A stretch of 64,000 nucleotides of DNA from Burkholderiales bacterium (GCA_028868305.1 JAGWUS010000005.1:21098-85097), one strand, 5' to 3'; shown: positions 14,040-24,464, counted from the stretch's first letter. Notes: generated by a model not told the origin, from the letters alone. Numbers and translations are program-made.

Positions 14040-15189
14040 TAACAGGTTCCTCTTGATCTGTGCCCGATTCAGCGCCAACGCTTTTAATCATGACCACTCG
14101 CTGCTTTTGAATGCGCCGGTGCACCGCAGTTCTGTCCTGGACATCCCCGGCAAGCTGACCGCAGGCTGCATCGATATCATCTCCGCGCGTCTTGCGCACT
14201 GTAGTCACTATGCCTGCGTCACTCAATATTTTTGCAAACGCAAGCACACATCTCTGCGGCGACCGTACCAAGCCTGAAGCGGGAAAGGGATTGAATGGGA
14301 TGAGATTGAACTTGCACCAGGCCCCATCAGCGAGAGACTTTATCAAACCAATTATTTGCAGGGCATGGTCTGGGGAATCATTGACGCCTTCCAACATGCA
14401 ATACTCGAAAGTAATGAAATCACGCGGAGCATGGGCAAGGTACCGTTTGCAAGCCGCCAGCAGCTCCGCAAGCGGGTATTTGCGGTTCAAGGGAACCAGA
14501 TTGTCTCGTAGCGCATCGTTGGGGGCATGCAGTGAAACTGCCAGTGCCACAGGACAATCATTGCCAAGCCGGTCCATCATAGGCACAACGCCAGAAGTGG
14601 AAACCGTCACACGCCGCCGAGACAAACCGTATCCGTGGTCATCCAGCATCACCCGCAAAGACAACAGAAGGGCAGAATAGTTCTGTAACGGCTCCCCCAT
14701 GCCCATCATCACCACATTGGAGATTACACGGTCAGCAGTGCGCAAATGACCTCGCAGGAAGTGTTCCGCAAACCACAACTGCCCCACAATTTCGGCTACG
14801 GTGAGATTGCGGCTAAAACCCTGGTGCCCAGTTGAACAAAAGCGACAACCCACGGCACAACCAGCTTGGGAAGAAACGCACAGGGTGCCCCTATCGTCCT
14901 CAGGAATGAAAACCGTTTCGACCGCGTTTCCTCCCCCAACATCAAAAAGCCATTTGATGGTGCCGTCCACAGAGATATGCTGGGAAAGTACGGATGGGGC
15001 CTGAATATGGGCACAGGCTTTGAGTTTCTCGCGCAGTGATTTGGCGAGATCGCTCATCTCGTCAAATTGAGATGCACCTTTTTGGTGAATCCAGCGAAAT
15101 AGTTGGGTAGCGCGAAAACGCTTTTCCCCCAGCCGCTCACAAAAAGCGGCCAAACCCTCGAGGTCGTAATCGAGCAGATTGGCCGTCAT
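14032..15189 (-). CDS. rlmN: 23S rRNA/tRNA A2503/A37 C2-methyltransferase (radical SAM)
   Basis: 385 aa with the radical-SAM motif [12 protein letters not shown]. The N-terminus [19 protein letters not shown] is typical of RlmN. Confidence 0.95.
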   Translation of the reverse strand: MTANLLDYDLEGLAAFCERLGEKRFRATQLFRWIHQKGASQFDEMSDLAKSLREKLKACAHIQAPSVLSQHISVDGTIKWLFDVGGGNAVETVFIPEDDRGTLCVSSQAGCAVGCRFCSTGHQGFSRNLTVAEIVGQLWFAEHFLRGHLRTADRVISNVVMMGMGEPLQNYSALLLSLRVMLDDHGYGLSRRRVTVSTSGVVPMMDRLGNDCPVALAVSLHAPNDALRDNLVPLNRKYPLAELLAACKRYLAHAPRDFITFEYCMLEGVNDSPDHALQIIGLIKSLADGAWCKFNLIPFNPFPASGLVRSPQRCVLAFAKILSDAGIVTTVRKTRGDDIDAACGQLAGDVQDRTAVHRRIQKQRVVMIKSVGAESGTDQEEPVNG

Positions 15190-15197
15190 TGCATAAA

Positions 15198-15623
15198 TTA
15201 GCGTGAGTAAACGTTCATGCCGGGGAAGAAAAACGCGACTTCCACAGCTGCGGTTTCCGCGGCATCAGACCCGTGTACAGCATTGGCATCAATGCTGTCA
15301 GCGAAGTCCGCGCGGATAGTCCCTGGAGCAGCCTTCTTTGGATCTGTAGCACCTATCAGGTCACGGTTCTTCAGAATGGCATTCTCGCCTTCCAGTGCCT
15401 GAATCATGACAGGACCAGAAATCATGAAGTCCACCAGATCCTTAAAGAAAGGGCGCGCTTTGTGCACCGCATAAAAAGCCTCTGCCTCACCACGGGATAG
15501 GTGCACCATACGTGCAGCAACGACCTTAAGACCGGCGGCTTCAAAACGTGCATAGATCTGACCAATCACGTTCTTAGCGACGGCGTCAGGCTTGATGATG
15601 GAAAGTGTGCGTTCGATTGTCAT
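15198..15623 (-). CDS. ndk: nucleoside diphosphate kinase
   Basis: 141 aa, [15 protein letters not shown]...NAVHGSD, including the active-site His motif. Confidence 0.95.
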   Translation of the reverse strand: MTIERTLSIIKPDAVAKNVIGQIYARFEAAGLKVVAARMVHLSRGEAEAFYAVHKARPFFKDLVDFMISGPVMIQALEGENAILKNRDLIGATDPKKAAPGTIRADFADSIDANAVHGSDAAETAAVEVAFFFPGMNVYSR

Positions 15624-15697
15624 TCTGGATAGTTCCTGAGCTTAAAAAATTGAATCTGTCCATGATCGGACAAAGCGTTCCATTTTAGCATTTTGAA

Positions 15698-17002
15698 TCA
15701 GCGACTACGGCCATTCCTTCTTTGGCCATTGCCACCGCCACCACGCGGTCGCTGGCCACCGTCCTGCCGCTGTCGTGTGAAGCTGTCTGCGCCGATGTAA
15801 CCAAAGGCTGTCTTCATTGGATCCGGTTGTCCCACTCCAGCCTGGCGCAGGGCACTGTAATCCGTTCGCCGGTTACTCACCTTGTTTCGCGATCGGCCCG
15901 GATGCAAGACACCCTCATCGGACAGTTGATTCGGTACACGCTGACCATTTCCACGAGGCCCGCCAGAGCTCCCGCCACGTCGATCCCCTCGTGGTCGCTG
16001 TTGCAAGCCTTCACCAGCCTCGCCTGGCTTGGAGGGCGCTTTGCGCCCCCCTGATGCCTGTACCAATGCCCGGATGTCGGCGTCGTCGAGTTCCATCCAA
16101 GTACCACGCTTGAGGCCCCGTGGCAATAACATGGCACCATAGCGGATGCGGATCAAACGGCTAACGGCATGACCCACTGCTTCAAGCATGCGCCGCACCT
16201 CCCGGTTTCGCCCCTCTGAAATCGTAACGCGGTACCAGCAGTTGGAACCTTCACCGCCACCATCCTCGATGGATCCGAACTGAGCCATACCGTCATCGAG
16301 CTTTACCCCATCCAGCAGGGTCTGCTTCTCTTCCTTGGTCAAGGCACCCAATACACGCACGGCATATTCCCGCTCAAGGCCGAAACGCGGATGCATCAGG
16401 TTGTTGGCCAACTCCCCGGAACTGGTGAACAGCAACAAACCTTCGGTATTGAGATCCAGACGCCCGACCGATTGCCACTTTCCGCTTTGAAGTTTGGGTA
16501 GCCTGCGGAATACGGTGGGCCGGTTTTGGGGATCGTCGTGGGTGACCACCTCACCAACTGGCTTGTGATAAGCAATGACCCTGGCCGGGGGAGGATCAAT
16601 TCGCAGCCGAATTGGTTTGCCGTTGACCTTGATACTGTCACCAAACTGGATTCGCTGTCCGATGTGGGCGGGCTCGTTATTCACCGAGATGCGCCCCTCA
16701 AGGATCAACTGTTCCATTTCCAGACGGGATCCCATTCCGGATTGCGCAAGCACCTTATGAAGCTTGGGTGTCTCTGCCATCGGGGCCAAAACCCGCTTGG
16801 GTGGCGCGAGATCGGTTACTTCTTCGTCTGCGTCAAATTGACCCGAAACGATATCGCCGAATCGGTTCGATTCCGTCTTTTGACTGGACACACTCACATC
16901 TTGAGCCTGAACACTCCCGCCCTCAGCAGTCTCGGGCGCAGGATCAAACATCGGCACGTTATCCGTTGCGGTCAATTCATCCGGCGAATCGTTCTGGTTC
17001 AT
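15698..17002 (-). CDS. rluB: 23S rRNA pseudouridine synthase RluB with disordered N- and RGG-rich C-terminal tails
   Basis: S4 domain plus an RsuA/RluB catalytic core (GRLDLNTEGLLL). It overlaps scpB by 4 nt, the usual scpB-rluB arrangement. Confidence 0.85.
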   Translation of the reverse strand: MNQNDSPDELTATDNVPMFDPAPETAEGGSVQAQDVSVSSQKTESNRFGDIVSGQFDADEEVTDLAPPKRVLAPMAETPKLHKVLAQSGMGSRLEMEQLILEGRISVNNEPAHIGQRIQFGDSIKVNGKPIRLRIDPPPARVIAYHKPVGEVVTHDDPQNRPTVFRRLPKLQSGKWQSVGRLDLNTEGLLLFTSSGELANNLMHPRFGLEREYAVRVLGALTKEEKQTLLDGVKLDDGMAQFGSIEDGGGEGSNCWYRVTISEGRNREVRRMLEAVGHAVSRLIRIRYGAMLLPRGLKRGTWMELDDADIRALVQASGGRKAPSKPGEAGEGLQQRPRGDRRGGSSGGPRGNGQRVPNQLSDEGVLHPGRSRNKVSNRRTDYSALRQAGVGQPDPMKTAFGYIGADSFTRQRQDGGQRPRGGGGNGQRRNGRSR

Positions 17003-17676
17003 TCTGTAGGTCCATCCAAGGGTGATGATATGTTCGGTCCGGCTACTTCCAGTGGCATGTCCATCTGCAATTCCGTCTCAGTGTTCCCAGCGTCTTCCAC
17101 GATGCCAGCAAAAAAGGTCTCATTGTTAACCTCTGCAAGGGATCCAAATACCTCGGTCACCTGTGTCGGACTCTCAAGCAAGGGCAATTGGTCCAGCGAT
17201 TCCAGCCCCATATCATCCAAAAAATGGCGGGTAGTCGCGAACAAGGCCGGGCGCCCGGGAGCCTCACGATGACCAATGACCTCCACCCAGCCGCGGTCTT
17301 CGAGCTGCTTGATCAGCAACGAACTGATAGTAACCCCCCGGATATCTTCCATATCACCGCGCGTCACCGGCTGGCGATACGCAATGATGGCCAGAGTTTC
17401 CAATGTTGCACGCGTATACCGAGGTGGTTTCTCCGGATGGAGGCGATCAAGGTACTCACGCATTTCCGGTCGACTCTGGAAACGCCAACCTGAAGCCACG
17501 CTCACCAACTCCACGCCCCTTTCGGCCCAGTCACTGCGTAGTTCGTCAAGTAAGGTCTTGAGCGTATCTGAACCCAGCGCGTCATTGAAAAGCGTGCGCA
17601 TATCGCGCACCGGCAATGGTTGCTGCGAGCAAATCAATGCGGTCTCGAGGACCCGCTTTGCGTCCGCCATATTCAT
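16999..17676 (-). CDS. scpB: segregation and condensation protein B
   Basis: 225 aa with tandem winged-helix sequence (LETLAIIAYRQPVTRGDMEDIRGV). Confidence 0.85.
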   Translation of the reverse strand: MNMADAKRVLETALICSQQPLPVRDMRTLFNDALGSDTLKTLLDELRSDWAERGVELVSVASGWRFQSRPEMREYLDRLHPEKPPRYTRATLETLAIIAYRQPVTRGDMEDIRGVTISSLLIKQLEDRGWVEVIGHREAPGRPALFATTRHFLDDMGLESLDQLPLLESPTQVTEVFGSLAEVNNETFFAGIVEDAGNTETELQMDMPLEVAGPNISSPLDGPTE

Positions 17677-17793
17677 ATTGAAGCTTGTTCCGCAAACACC
17701 ACCCGGAAGGTGTGAAATCGAAATGATTGCATCTGGAGGGCGTCAGCCATGAGAACCATGCCGCGCCTACCCATGGCAACGGGCCGGGGTATT

Positions 17794-18837
17794 TCAGGGA
17801 CCTAAAGGTCGCGTCAGTGCATTGTAACTTAGCGCAAGACTACGCAACAGATCCGTAAGGTCATCCGGCAAAGGCGCCTCGAAAACCATGTCTACACCAG
17901 TGACCGGATGCACAAAAGCAAGCCTGCAAGCATGCAATGCCTGGCGCTCCATGGGGGGCACCAGATGACCGCCATAGACCGTGTCTGCCACCAGGGGGTG
18001 TCCGATGCTCGACATATGAACCCGAATCTGATGGGTACGTCCGGTGTGCAACACACATTGGACCAGGCAGTACTCGGCCGCATTTCGCAGAAGGAAGATG
18101 TCCGTCCTGGCGTGCTTTCCGGCAGTGCTGTGCAGATCGACAACCGCCATACGTAACCGGTTACGTGGATCTCGACCAATAGGGGCATCCACCGTAATTT
18201 CCGCCTTTCCCGCCCACCGCTTGTGCGCTACGGCAAGGTACTGCCGACTCACTTCGCGGGCTGCAATTGCCCGGGCGAGGGCATCCATAGCCTTGCGACT
18301 GCGCGCAACCACCATGAGACCGCTGGTGTCCTTGTCCAGTCTGTGAACAATTCCGGCGCGCGGCATGGAGCTGCATTCGGCGTCAAAGGCCAGAAGCGCA
18401 TTCAATAAGGTTCCACTCCAGTTGCCCGGCGCCGGGTGCACCACCAAACCGGCAGGCTTGTTGATCACCAGAATATGCGCATCTTCGTAGACCACCTGCA
18501 AGGGGATCGCCTCGGCCTTAAAAGCCTGACTCTGCGGCGTGGGCCTCAACTCGACAACCAGCCTGTCTCCGGCTTTGACGCGCTGGGAGGACTTGTTTAC
18601 CATCCGGCCGTTGTAAGTTACAGCCCCCGCTTCAACGAGTTGCTGCAAATAACTTCTGGAAAACTCTGGCGCCAGTTCGACCAGAGTACGGTCAAGCCGC
18701 TGGCCGTGCTGAAGCGCAGACACTGTGCCGGGACGCAACTCAAGCTCGCCAGGCGTTTCGTCGCCCTCTTCCTCATCTGCGTCTGCAGGGGTGGTCGATA
18801 TAATCTGCTCGGTCTGGTTCAAGAAAGTTTCCCACAA
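17794..18837 (-). CDS. rluD: 23S rRNA pseudouridine(1911/1915/1917) synthase RluD
   Basis: S4 domain plus HRLDKDTSGLMVVA and HTGRTHQIRVH motifs. The track's start is a TTG sharing nt 18837 with the bamD ATG. An in-frame TTG at 18738 is an alternative start. Confidence 0.85.
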   Translation of the reverse strand: MWETFLNQTEQIISTTPADADEEEGDETPGELELRPGTVSALQHGQRLDRTLVELAPEFSRSYLQQLVEAGAVTYNGRMVNKSSQRVKAGDRLVVELRPTPQSQAFKAEAIPLQVVYEDAHILVINKPAGLVVHPAPGNWSGTLLNALLAFDAECSSMPRAGIVHRLDKDTSGLMVVARSRKAMDALARAIAAREVSRQYLAVAHKRWAGKAEITVDAPIGRDPRNRLRMAVVDLHSTAGKHARTDIFLLRNAAEYCLVQCVLHTGRTHQIRVHMSSIGHPLVADTVYGGHLVPPMERQALHACRLAFVHPVTGVDMVFEAPLPDDLTDLLRSLALSYNALTRPLGP

Positions 18838-19643
18838 TGTTGCGTGTCAAATTATCGGTCGTTTATGCCTGCATGCTGACGGCCGTTACCCTCCTGGTGA
18901 CTGGCTGTTCAACGGCGCCCGAGGACAAGACTGCGGGCATGAGTCCAAACGCCCTTTATGCGGAGGCCAAAGAAGTTATGGGCATGGGCCAGTGGGACAA
19001 GGCTGTCACGCTACTGGACAAGCTTGAGGCGCGCGCAGCAGGAACACCTTTGGCGCAGCAGGCGCAGCTTGACAAGGCCTATGCACACTACAAGGCACAG
19101 GAGTCCGCACAGGCAATCGCTACGCTTGACCGATTCATGAAGCTGCACCCCGCCAGTCCCGCACTGGACTATGCGCTGTACCTGAAGGGGATCATCAACT
19201 TCAATGACGATTTGGGAATGTTCTCGGCAGTAACACGTCAGGATCTTAGCGAACGCGACCAGAAGGCCGCAAAAGAATCCTTTGAGTCATTCAAGGAGCT
19301 CACAACCCGATTTCCGGATTCGCGCTACACGCCCGACGCACGTCAGCGTATGAATTACATTGTCAATTCACTCGCCCAGTACGAAGTGCACGTCGCGCGT
19401 TACTACTACAAGCGCGGCGCCTACCTTGCGGCTATCAACCGGGCGCAGATTACGGTGACCGACTACCGTGACGTTCCCGCCATGGAAGAGGCACTTTTCA
19501 TTCTTTATAAATCGTATGATGCTCTGGGCATGACGCAACTGCGTGACGACACAAGACGGGTTCTTGAATCCAACTACCCCCACTCCGAGTTTCTTACCAG
19601 CGGCGCGAAATCTAGCAAGGATCCGTGGTGGAAGGTCTGGTAA
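18837..19643 (+). CDS. bamD: outer membrane protein assembly factor BamD (lipoprotein, TPR)
   Basis: Signal peptide with lipobox LVTGC and a TPR-like body. It is divergent from rluD, as in E. coli. Confidence 0.9.
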   Translation: MLRVKLSVVYACMLTAVTLLVTGCSTAPEDKTAGMSPNALYAEAKEVMGMGQWDKAVTLLDKLEARAAGTPLAQQAQLDKAYAHYKAQESAQAIATLDRFMKLHPASPALDYALYLKGIINFNDDLGMFSAVTRQDLSERDQKAAKESFESFKELTTRFPDSRYTPDARQRMNYIVNSLAQYEVHVARYYYKRGAYLAAINRAQITVTDYRDVPAMEEALFILYKSYDALGMTQLRDDTRRVLESNYPHSEFLTSGAKSSKDPWWKVW

Positions 19644-21603
19644 GCGCAGACAGCGCGTCCAGCCACTGAGCCCTGGAGTTCAGCCTCTGCATATCCGGCA
19701 GGGCGGCAATCAGCTTTTTGCCATACCCCATCTGCACCAACCGGGTATCGCAGACAACCAATACGCCACAATCGGACTCGCGACGTATCAGTCGCCCCGC
19801 TCCCTGCTTGAGCGCCACAGCAGCCTGTGGAAGATGCAATTCCTTGAAAGGGCTCTTGCCGGTTGCTTCAAGCTCGTCTGCTCTGGCCCGGTGCAGCGGG
19901 TCATCAGGCGGTGTGAATGGCAACTTGTCGATAACCAGCAACTGCAACGCCTCACCGGGGATATCGATACCTTCCCAGAACGAGGCAGACGCAACCAGTA
20001 CGCATGGCAGCCCACCATTGCCAGGAGCGCTACAGAACCGCTCCACGAGTTCGCGCTTGGAGGTTTCGCCTTGCACCAAAACCTGTAGTCTCTCGCCTGA
20101 ATCTAAAGTCTCACGCAGAATACTCCCGATGTTGCGCATGGCACGAAGAGACGTGGTGAGAACCAGCGTACGCCCCCCAAGTAGTGCAGCGCCCTGCGCT
20201 GCTAACTGCGCAACGGCCATCGAATGGTTCTCGTCGCCGGGCCACGGCAAGTCGTCCGGAACGTACAGGGCTGCCTGCGTCTTGTAATTAAACGGACTGG
20301 GAACCTGCAGGACACGTGCTCCCGAAAGCCCGCAGCTGCGCACAAACCAGGACAGCGTGGCGTCATGCCCCAAAGTTGCGGAGGTGAATATCCAGGACTT
20401 CCCTTCCTGCGCCTGCATCATGACACGCGTCTGCATGGCGTGCGCAATGTCCAGCGGAGAATAGACAAGGCGCACTTGATGTCCGGTTTCCATCCAACGC
20501 ACGTATCCAGCCTCGGGGACATCCCTGAAGAACGCAAGACAATCCTCCAGGCGCTGCGCTCTTTCTTGCATGACGCCCATGTCGGGCGACACCTCGGCCA
20601 CTATGGAGAGAGCATGCTGAATCGACGCCAGTGCACCAAACATCCCGGTCAGTGTGCTCACCCATTCGTTGGGACTAACACCTTCTGGCGCCCCCCCGCG
20701 CCAACTGCGTCGCCCGGGTTGCGGTCCTGCCAGAGCCCGCAAAGCGAGCACTGAGTGAGACAGGTCAGCGGCCAGTTGATCCCAGGGCACGAGACCCCGC
20801 GCATGCAGCCGACCGACTTTCAGCAGTTCATTCACGAATGAATCCAGTTGGCCCGTGGAAAATTGTTGCCCAAGAAACTGCACGCCCACATCACTGAGTT
20901 GATGCGCCTCGTCAAAAATGACGGACCGGACTGTTGGCAATAACTCCGCAACACCAGATTCCCGGATGTTCAAATCGGCAAAAAAAAGATGATGGTTTAC
21001 CACCACCAAATCAGCTGCTAGCGCGGCGCGGCGTGCCTGATTTACATGACAGGCCTGCGCATGAGGGCAGCGCGCGCCAAGACAGTTATCACGGGTGGAG
21101 GTCACCAGCGGTATCGACGGAGACGCTTCATCCAGGTAATCCAGCTCTGCCAGGTCTCCACAGCGTGTTGAGCGCGCCCATACCTCAATCTGGGCGAGTT
21201 GCCGCGAAATTCCAGCCGCACCACCCTCGGGACCTAGCCTGGCCTCTTCAAGGCGCTGTAGGCAAAGATAACTGCTTCGTCCCTTGAGCTGGGCGACACG
21301 GGCGCTCACGCCCAGTGCTTTCTGCAGGCGGGGAATATCCCGTTTGAACAACTGATCCTGCAATGCCTTGGTCGCAGTAGAGATGAGAACCCTCTGTCCG
21401 CTCAATAAAGCAGGAATAAGGTAAGCAAATGTTTTCCCAACACCGGTACCAGCCTCCACCACGAGCACTCCACCCGTGTCCATGGTGCGCGCAATTTCAA
21501 CAGCCATTTGGGTCTGTCCAACACGCGTTGAGAACGCATCCACCGCAATGCCAAGCGGACCGCCAGACTGAAAAGTCCTTGCTACAACGTCTGGCAAATC
21601 CAT
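19612..21603 (-). CDS. DinG/YoaA-family ATP-dependent DNA helicase (XPD-like, Fe-S)
   Basis: 663 aa with Walker A (AGTGVGKT), a DEAH box (FDEAHQL), a four-Cys cluster region (CLQ...CGD...CLGARCPHAQAC) and C-terminal helicase motifs. Confidence 0.8.
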   Translation of the reverse strand: MDLPDVVARTFQSGGPLGIAVDAFSTRVGQTQMAVEIARTMDTGGVLVVEAGTGVGKTFAYLIPALLSGQRVLISTATKALQDQLFKRDIPRLQKALGVSARVAQLKGRSSYLCLQRLEEARLGPEGGAAGISRQLAQIEVWARSTRCGDLAELDYLDEASPSIPLVTSTRDNCLGARCPHAQACHVNQARRAALAADLVVVNHHLFFADLNIRESGVAELLPTVRSVIFDEAHQLSDVGVQFLGQQFSTGQLDSFVNELLKVGRLHARGLVPWDQLAADLSHSVLALRALAGPQPGRRSWRGGAPEGVSPNEWVSTLTGMFGALASIQHALSIVAEVSPDMGVMQERAQRLEDCLAFFRDVPEAGYVRWMETGHQVRLVYSPLDIAHAMQTRVMMQAQEGKSWIFTSATLGHDATLSWFVRSCGLSGARVLQVPSPFNYKTQAALYVPDDLPWPGDENHSMAVAQLAAQGAALLGGRTLVLTTSLRAMRNIGSILRETLDSGERLQVLVQGETSKRELVERFCSAPGNGGLPCVLVASASFWEGIDIPGEALQLLVIDKLPFTPPDDPLHRARADELEATGKSPFKELHLPQAAVALKQGAGRLIRRESDCGVLVVCDTRLVQMGYGKKLIAALPDMQRLNSRAQWLDALSALTRPSTTDPC

Positions 21604-21606
21604 GCG

Positions 21607-21810
21607 TCAGGCCGGCTCATCGGGTTCGATTTCTCTCTCGACACGTGCAATTTTGTCGCGCAACGCCAGGCGTTTCTTTTTCAGGCGACGCATCATGAGT
21701 TCATCAAGGGGCACGCTGGCGACGGCGCTGTCGATAAGCGCATCCAGATCGCCGTGCTCGATACGCAGTTCTATCAAGCGGCGCTCGGGGGAGTGAAGGT
21801 TGGATTCCAA
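21607..21810 (-). CDS. DUF465 (YdcH-like) small coiled-coil protein
   Basis: 67 aa; the pattern HGDLDALI...RRLKKKRLALRDKI is typical of DUF465. Confidence 0.6.
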   Translation of the reverse strand: MESNLHSPERRLIELRIEHGDLDALIDSAVASVPLDELMMRRLKKKRLALRDKIARVEREIEPDEPA

Positions 21811-21920
21811 GGACGATGGGGAAAGTGCGTGGTTAAATCGCGTTACGCTGGTTCGCGCAGGCTCGATAATACGGCCAACGCGCCACTTTGAAGAAAGTAT
21901 TGCTCAGCAATTCACCCATC

Positions 21921-22685
21921 ATGTCCATCGGCTACAAACTCACCGCGTCCACTGGCATCCACAAGGGGGATCGTGAATACCAGCAAGACCAGATTGCATT
22001 GATCAAACACCCTCGCATCAATGGATGCATTCTTGCCATTGTTGCAGACGGAATGGGCGGGCGCAGTGGTGGTCGCAAGGCATCCGATCAAGTCATGATG
22101 ACTGCACGCCAGCTTTTTGAACGCTACGACCCCGCGACCGATGATGCCTCCGCCACACTCGGCCAAATTGTGCAGGAGGCCCACATCGTCATTAAGTTGA
22201 CGGCTATTTCGTCAGAAGAAGAGCCCCACAGCACCATGGCTGCGTTCCTGATCAATCCGGGGGGCGACTGTCACTGGGCCCACACAGGAGACTCGCGGAT
22301 ATACCAATACCATGGCGGTCGCTTTATCAAGCGCACGATGGACCACTCCTATGTGCAGGCCCTGGTGAATCGCGGAGAAATCACCGAAGAAGAGGCCGCA
22401 GTGCACCCGCAGTCCAACATCCTTATGGGCTGCCTGGGTACAGACAATGACCCGCCGGTCGATTTCCACTTCATCTCACAACTGCGCCCAGGTGATGTCC
22501 TGATGGCCTGCAGCGACGGGATCTGGCACTATTTCAACACCAATGAAATTGGTTCGGTGCTTGCAACGCTGTCAGCACGGGAAGCCACTGAGTTTCTGAT
22601 TGAAAAAGCGCGCTCCCGCGCGCATGGTGGTGGAGACAATCTGTCCGTCGTGATTGTCAAGTTCGAACCACTCGACAAGCACTAA
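21921..22685 (+). CDS. PP2C-family Ser/Thr protein phosphatase
   Basis: Metal-binding motifs IVADGMGGRSGG and ACSDGIW plus GGGDNLSVVIV. I preferred the ATG at 21921 over the track's TTG at 21888, but neither has a clear SD. Confidence 0.8.
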   Translation: MSIGYKLTASTGIHKGDREYQQDQIALIKHPRINGCILAIVADGMGGRSGGRKASDQVMMTARQLFERYDPATDDASATLGQIVQEAHIVIKLTAISSEEEPHSTMAAFLINPGGDCHWAHTGDSRIYQYHGGRFIKRTMDHSYVQALVNRGEITEEEAAVHPQSNILMGCLGTDNDPPVDFHFISQLRPGDVLMACSDGIWHYFNTNEIGSVLATLSAREATEFLIEKARSRAHGGGDNLSVVIVKFEPLDKH

Positions 22686-23299
22686 GGTGCTGATGGCAGG
22701 GGGACTGTCGGCTTGCCGGCGGCTTTTTCCTTCAAGCGCTTGTCACGTTCCTGGCGCTTTAATTCGGCGTCCTGCAACTTGCGCTCGTACGCCTGCCGAT
22801 TGCCTGTTGCCCCCTGCTCCACTGCCGCCTGCTTGCTTTGGCGCGAAGACTCCAAGGACTTGCCAGATTCAACAACTGGCAACGGCAGCCGCTGTGCATC
22901 CCGCTGCTTCGGGGCCGGTACTGCACTGGCTTCCGGGCCTGGATTTGCGCCTGCGTCACGCAGCTTCTGCGTGTGTTCGAGTTTTTTTTCTTCCTGGCGA
23001 CGGGATTGCTCCTCGCCCCGCTGTTTGCGTTGCAGGTCATGCAGGCTTTCCTGCTGGCGCCTAATACTGGTTAATTTTTCGCGATCGCGCGCCCGTGCAG
23101 CCTTGACACAGTCATTGACCGCAAATTTTTCCTGGCATGCACGTTCCTCTTCCCTGCCCTGTTGAATGATCTGCTGACGCAATGCGTCCAGTCTTTGCTG
23201 CTGCACGGCAATGCTGGAATCGACCGTCGCACCCACCGGCTGGGCGCTCGCCGGCACCAGGGAAAGAACGCCCAACAGGATCACCACCTGGCGCTTCAT
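22682..23299 (-). CDS. secreted, highly charged coiled-coil protein of unknown function
   Basis: Signal peptide MKRQVVILLGVLSLVPASA followed by Q/R/E/K-rich heptad-like sequence. The start overlaps the zapE stop by 4 nt. Confidence 0.5.
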   Translation of the reverse strand: MKRQVVILLGVLSLVPASAQPVGATVDSSIAVQQQRLDALRQQIIQQGREEERACQEKFAVNDCVKAARARDREKLTSIRRQQESLHDLQRKQRGEEQSRRQEEKKLEHTQKLRDAGANPGPEASAVPAPKQRDAQRLPLPVVESGKSLESSRQSKQAAVEQGATGNRQAYERKLQDAELKRQERDKRLKEKAAGKPTVPLPSAP

Positions 23300-24399
23300 G
23301 TCAGTGTGGTGTCCACCGTGCGCCGCTCCAGAGCAAGAAATTCCTTGGACTGCATTTCATTGAGCCGGGACACGGTGCGCGGAAACTCATGGGACATGGG
23401 TCCCTCGGTGTACAACTCTTCGGGCTGGACTGCGGCCGAAATGATCAACTTGACCCGGCGGTCATACAGCACATCCACCAGCCAGGTAAAACGCCGTGCT
23501 TCTGACGCCATGCGCACCGGCATATGGGGAACATTGCTCAGGAAAACCGTGTGAAAGCGGGAAGCAATTTCCAGGTAATCGTTTTGAGACCGGGGCCCAC
23601 CGCAAAGGGTTTTGAAATCAAACCAGACCAAGCCGCCCGCCTTGCGCAAAGCGTGAATCTGGCGTGATTCAATGTGCAACACCGGATCCTCGTCATACGA
23701 CTCTGCCAGCGCGTTGAAGGCCTGCTTCATCGCCGCATCGGCTTGCTCCCCTAGGGGTACGTGGTACATCTGCAGGGCTTCCAGCGTGCGCTGGCGGTAA
23801 TCGGTGCCATTGTCGACATTGAGCACCTCCAGCTTCGCATTGAGCAGTGCAATCGCCGGAAGAATGCGGTCCCGGTGCAGGCCGTTCGGGTACAGGTCGT
23901 TTGGTTTGAAATTGGACGTCGTCACGAAGCCGACACCATTCTCGAACAACGCAGCCAGCAGGCGGTGCAGGATCATGGCATCGGTGATGTCTGCTACATG
24001 GAATTCATCAAAGCAGATCAACTTGTAACGCAGCGCCATGCGTTTGGCCAGCACATCCAGCGGATTGACAGTTCCTTTCAGATCGGACAACTCGCGGTGC
24101 ACCTCACGCATGAATTCATGAAAGTGCAACCGGGTCTTACGCTTCAGCGGTACCGCGTTGTAGAAGCAGTCCATCAAAAAGCTCTTACCCCGTCCAACCC
24201 CACCGTACATGTACACGCCGCGGGGGATATCTGGCCGGTTGATGAGCTTCTTGATCGCGTTGGACCGTTTTTCCTTGTAGCCAGCCCATTCCTGCGCGCA
24301 ACGCTCCAGAGCATCGACCGCCCGCAACTGCGCCGGGTCTGCGGTGTAGCCCCTGGCCTTGAGTTCAGCCTCGTAGGTTTGTTTTACGCTGACTGACAC
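23296..24399 (-). CDS. zapE: AFG1-family ATPase / cell division protein ZapE
   Basis: 367 aa with Walker A GGVGRGKSFLMD and Walker B ICFDEFHV. It lies downstream of lpd, as in Burkholderiales 2-oxoglutarate dehydrogenase operons. Confidence 0.8.
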   Translation of the reverse strand: MSVSVKQTYEAELKARGYTADPAQLRAVDALERCAQEWAGYKEKRSNAIKKLINRPDIPRGVYMYGGVGRGKSFLMDCFYNAVPLKRKTRLHFHEFMREVHRELSDLKGTVNPLDVLAKRMALRYKLICFDEFHVADITDAMILHRLLAALFENGVGFVTTSNFKPNDLYPNGLHRDRILPAIALLNAKLEVLNVDNGTDYRQRTLEALQMYHVPLGEQADAAMKQAFNALAESYDEDPVLHIESRQIHALRKAGGLVWFDFKTLCGGPRSQNDYLEIASRFHTVFLSNVPHMPVRMASEARRFTWLVDVLYDRRVKLIISAAVQPEELYTEGPMSHEFPRTVSRLNEMQSKEFLALERRTVDTTLT

Positions 24400-24464
24400 C
24401 GCTCTAATTCGCTATCAAAAAAATAGCTGATCGTGCAATATCCACGGGGGCTAAAGGCAGATTT

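Noticed and set aside
16863-16873. tRNA T-loop-like motif GGTTCGATTCC
   Set aside because: It lies inside the rluB coding region. The flanking sequence forms only a 3-bp T-stem, and no acceptor stem or anticodon arm can be drawn.
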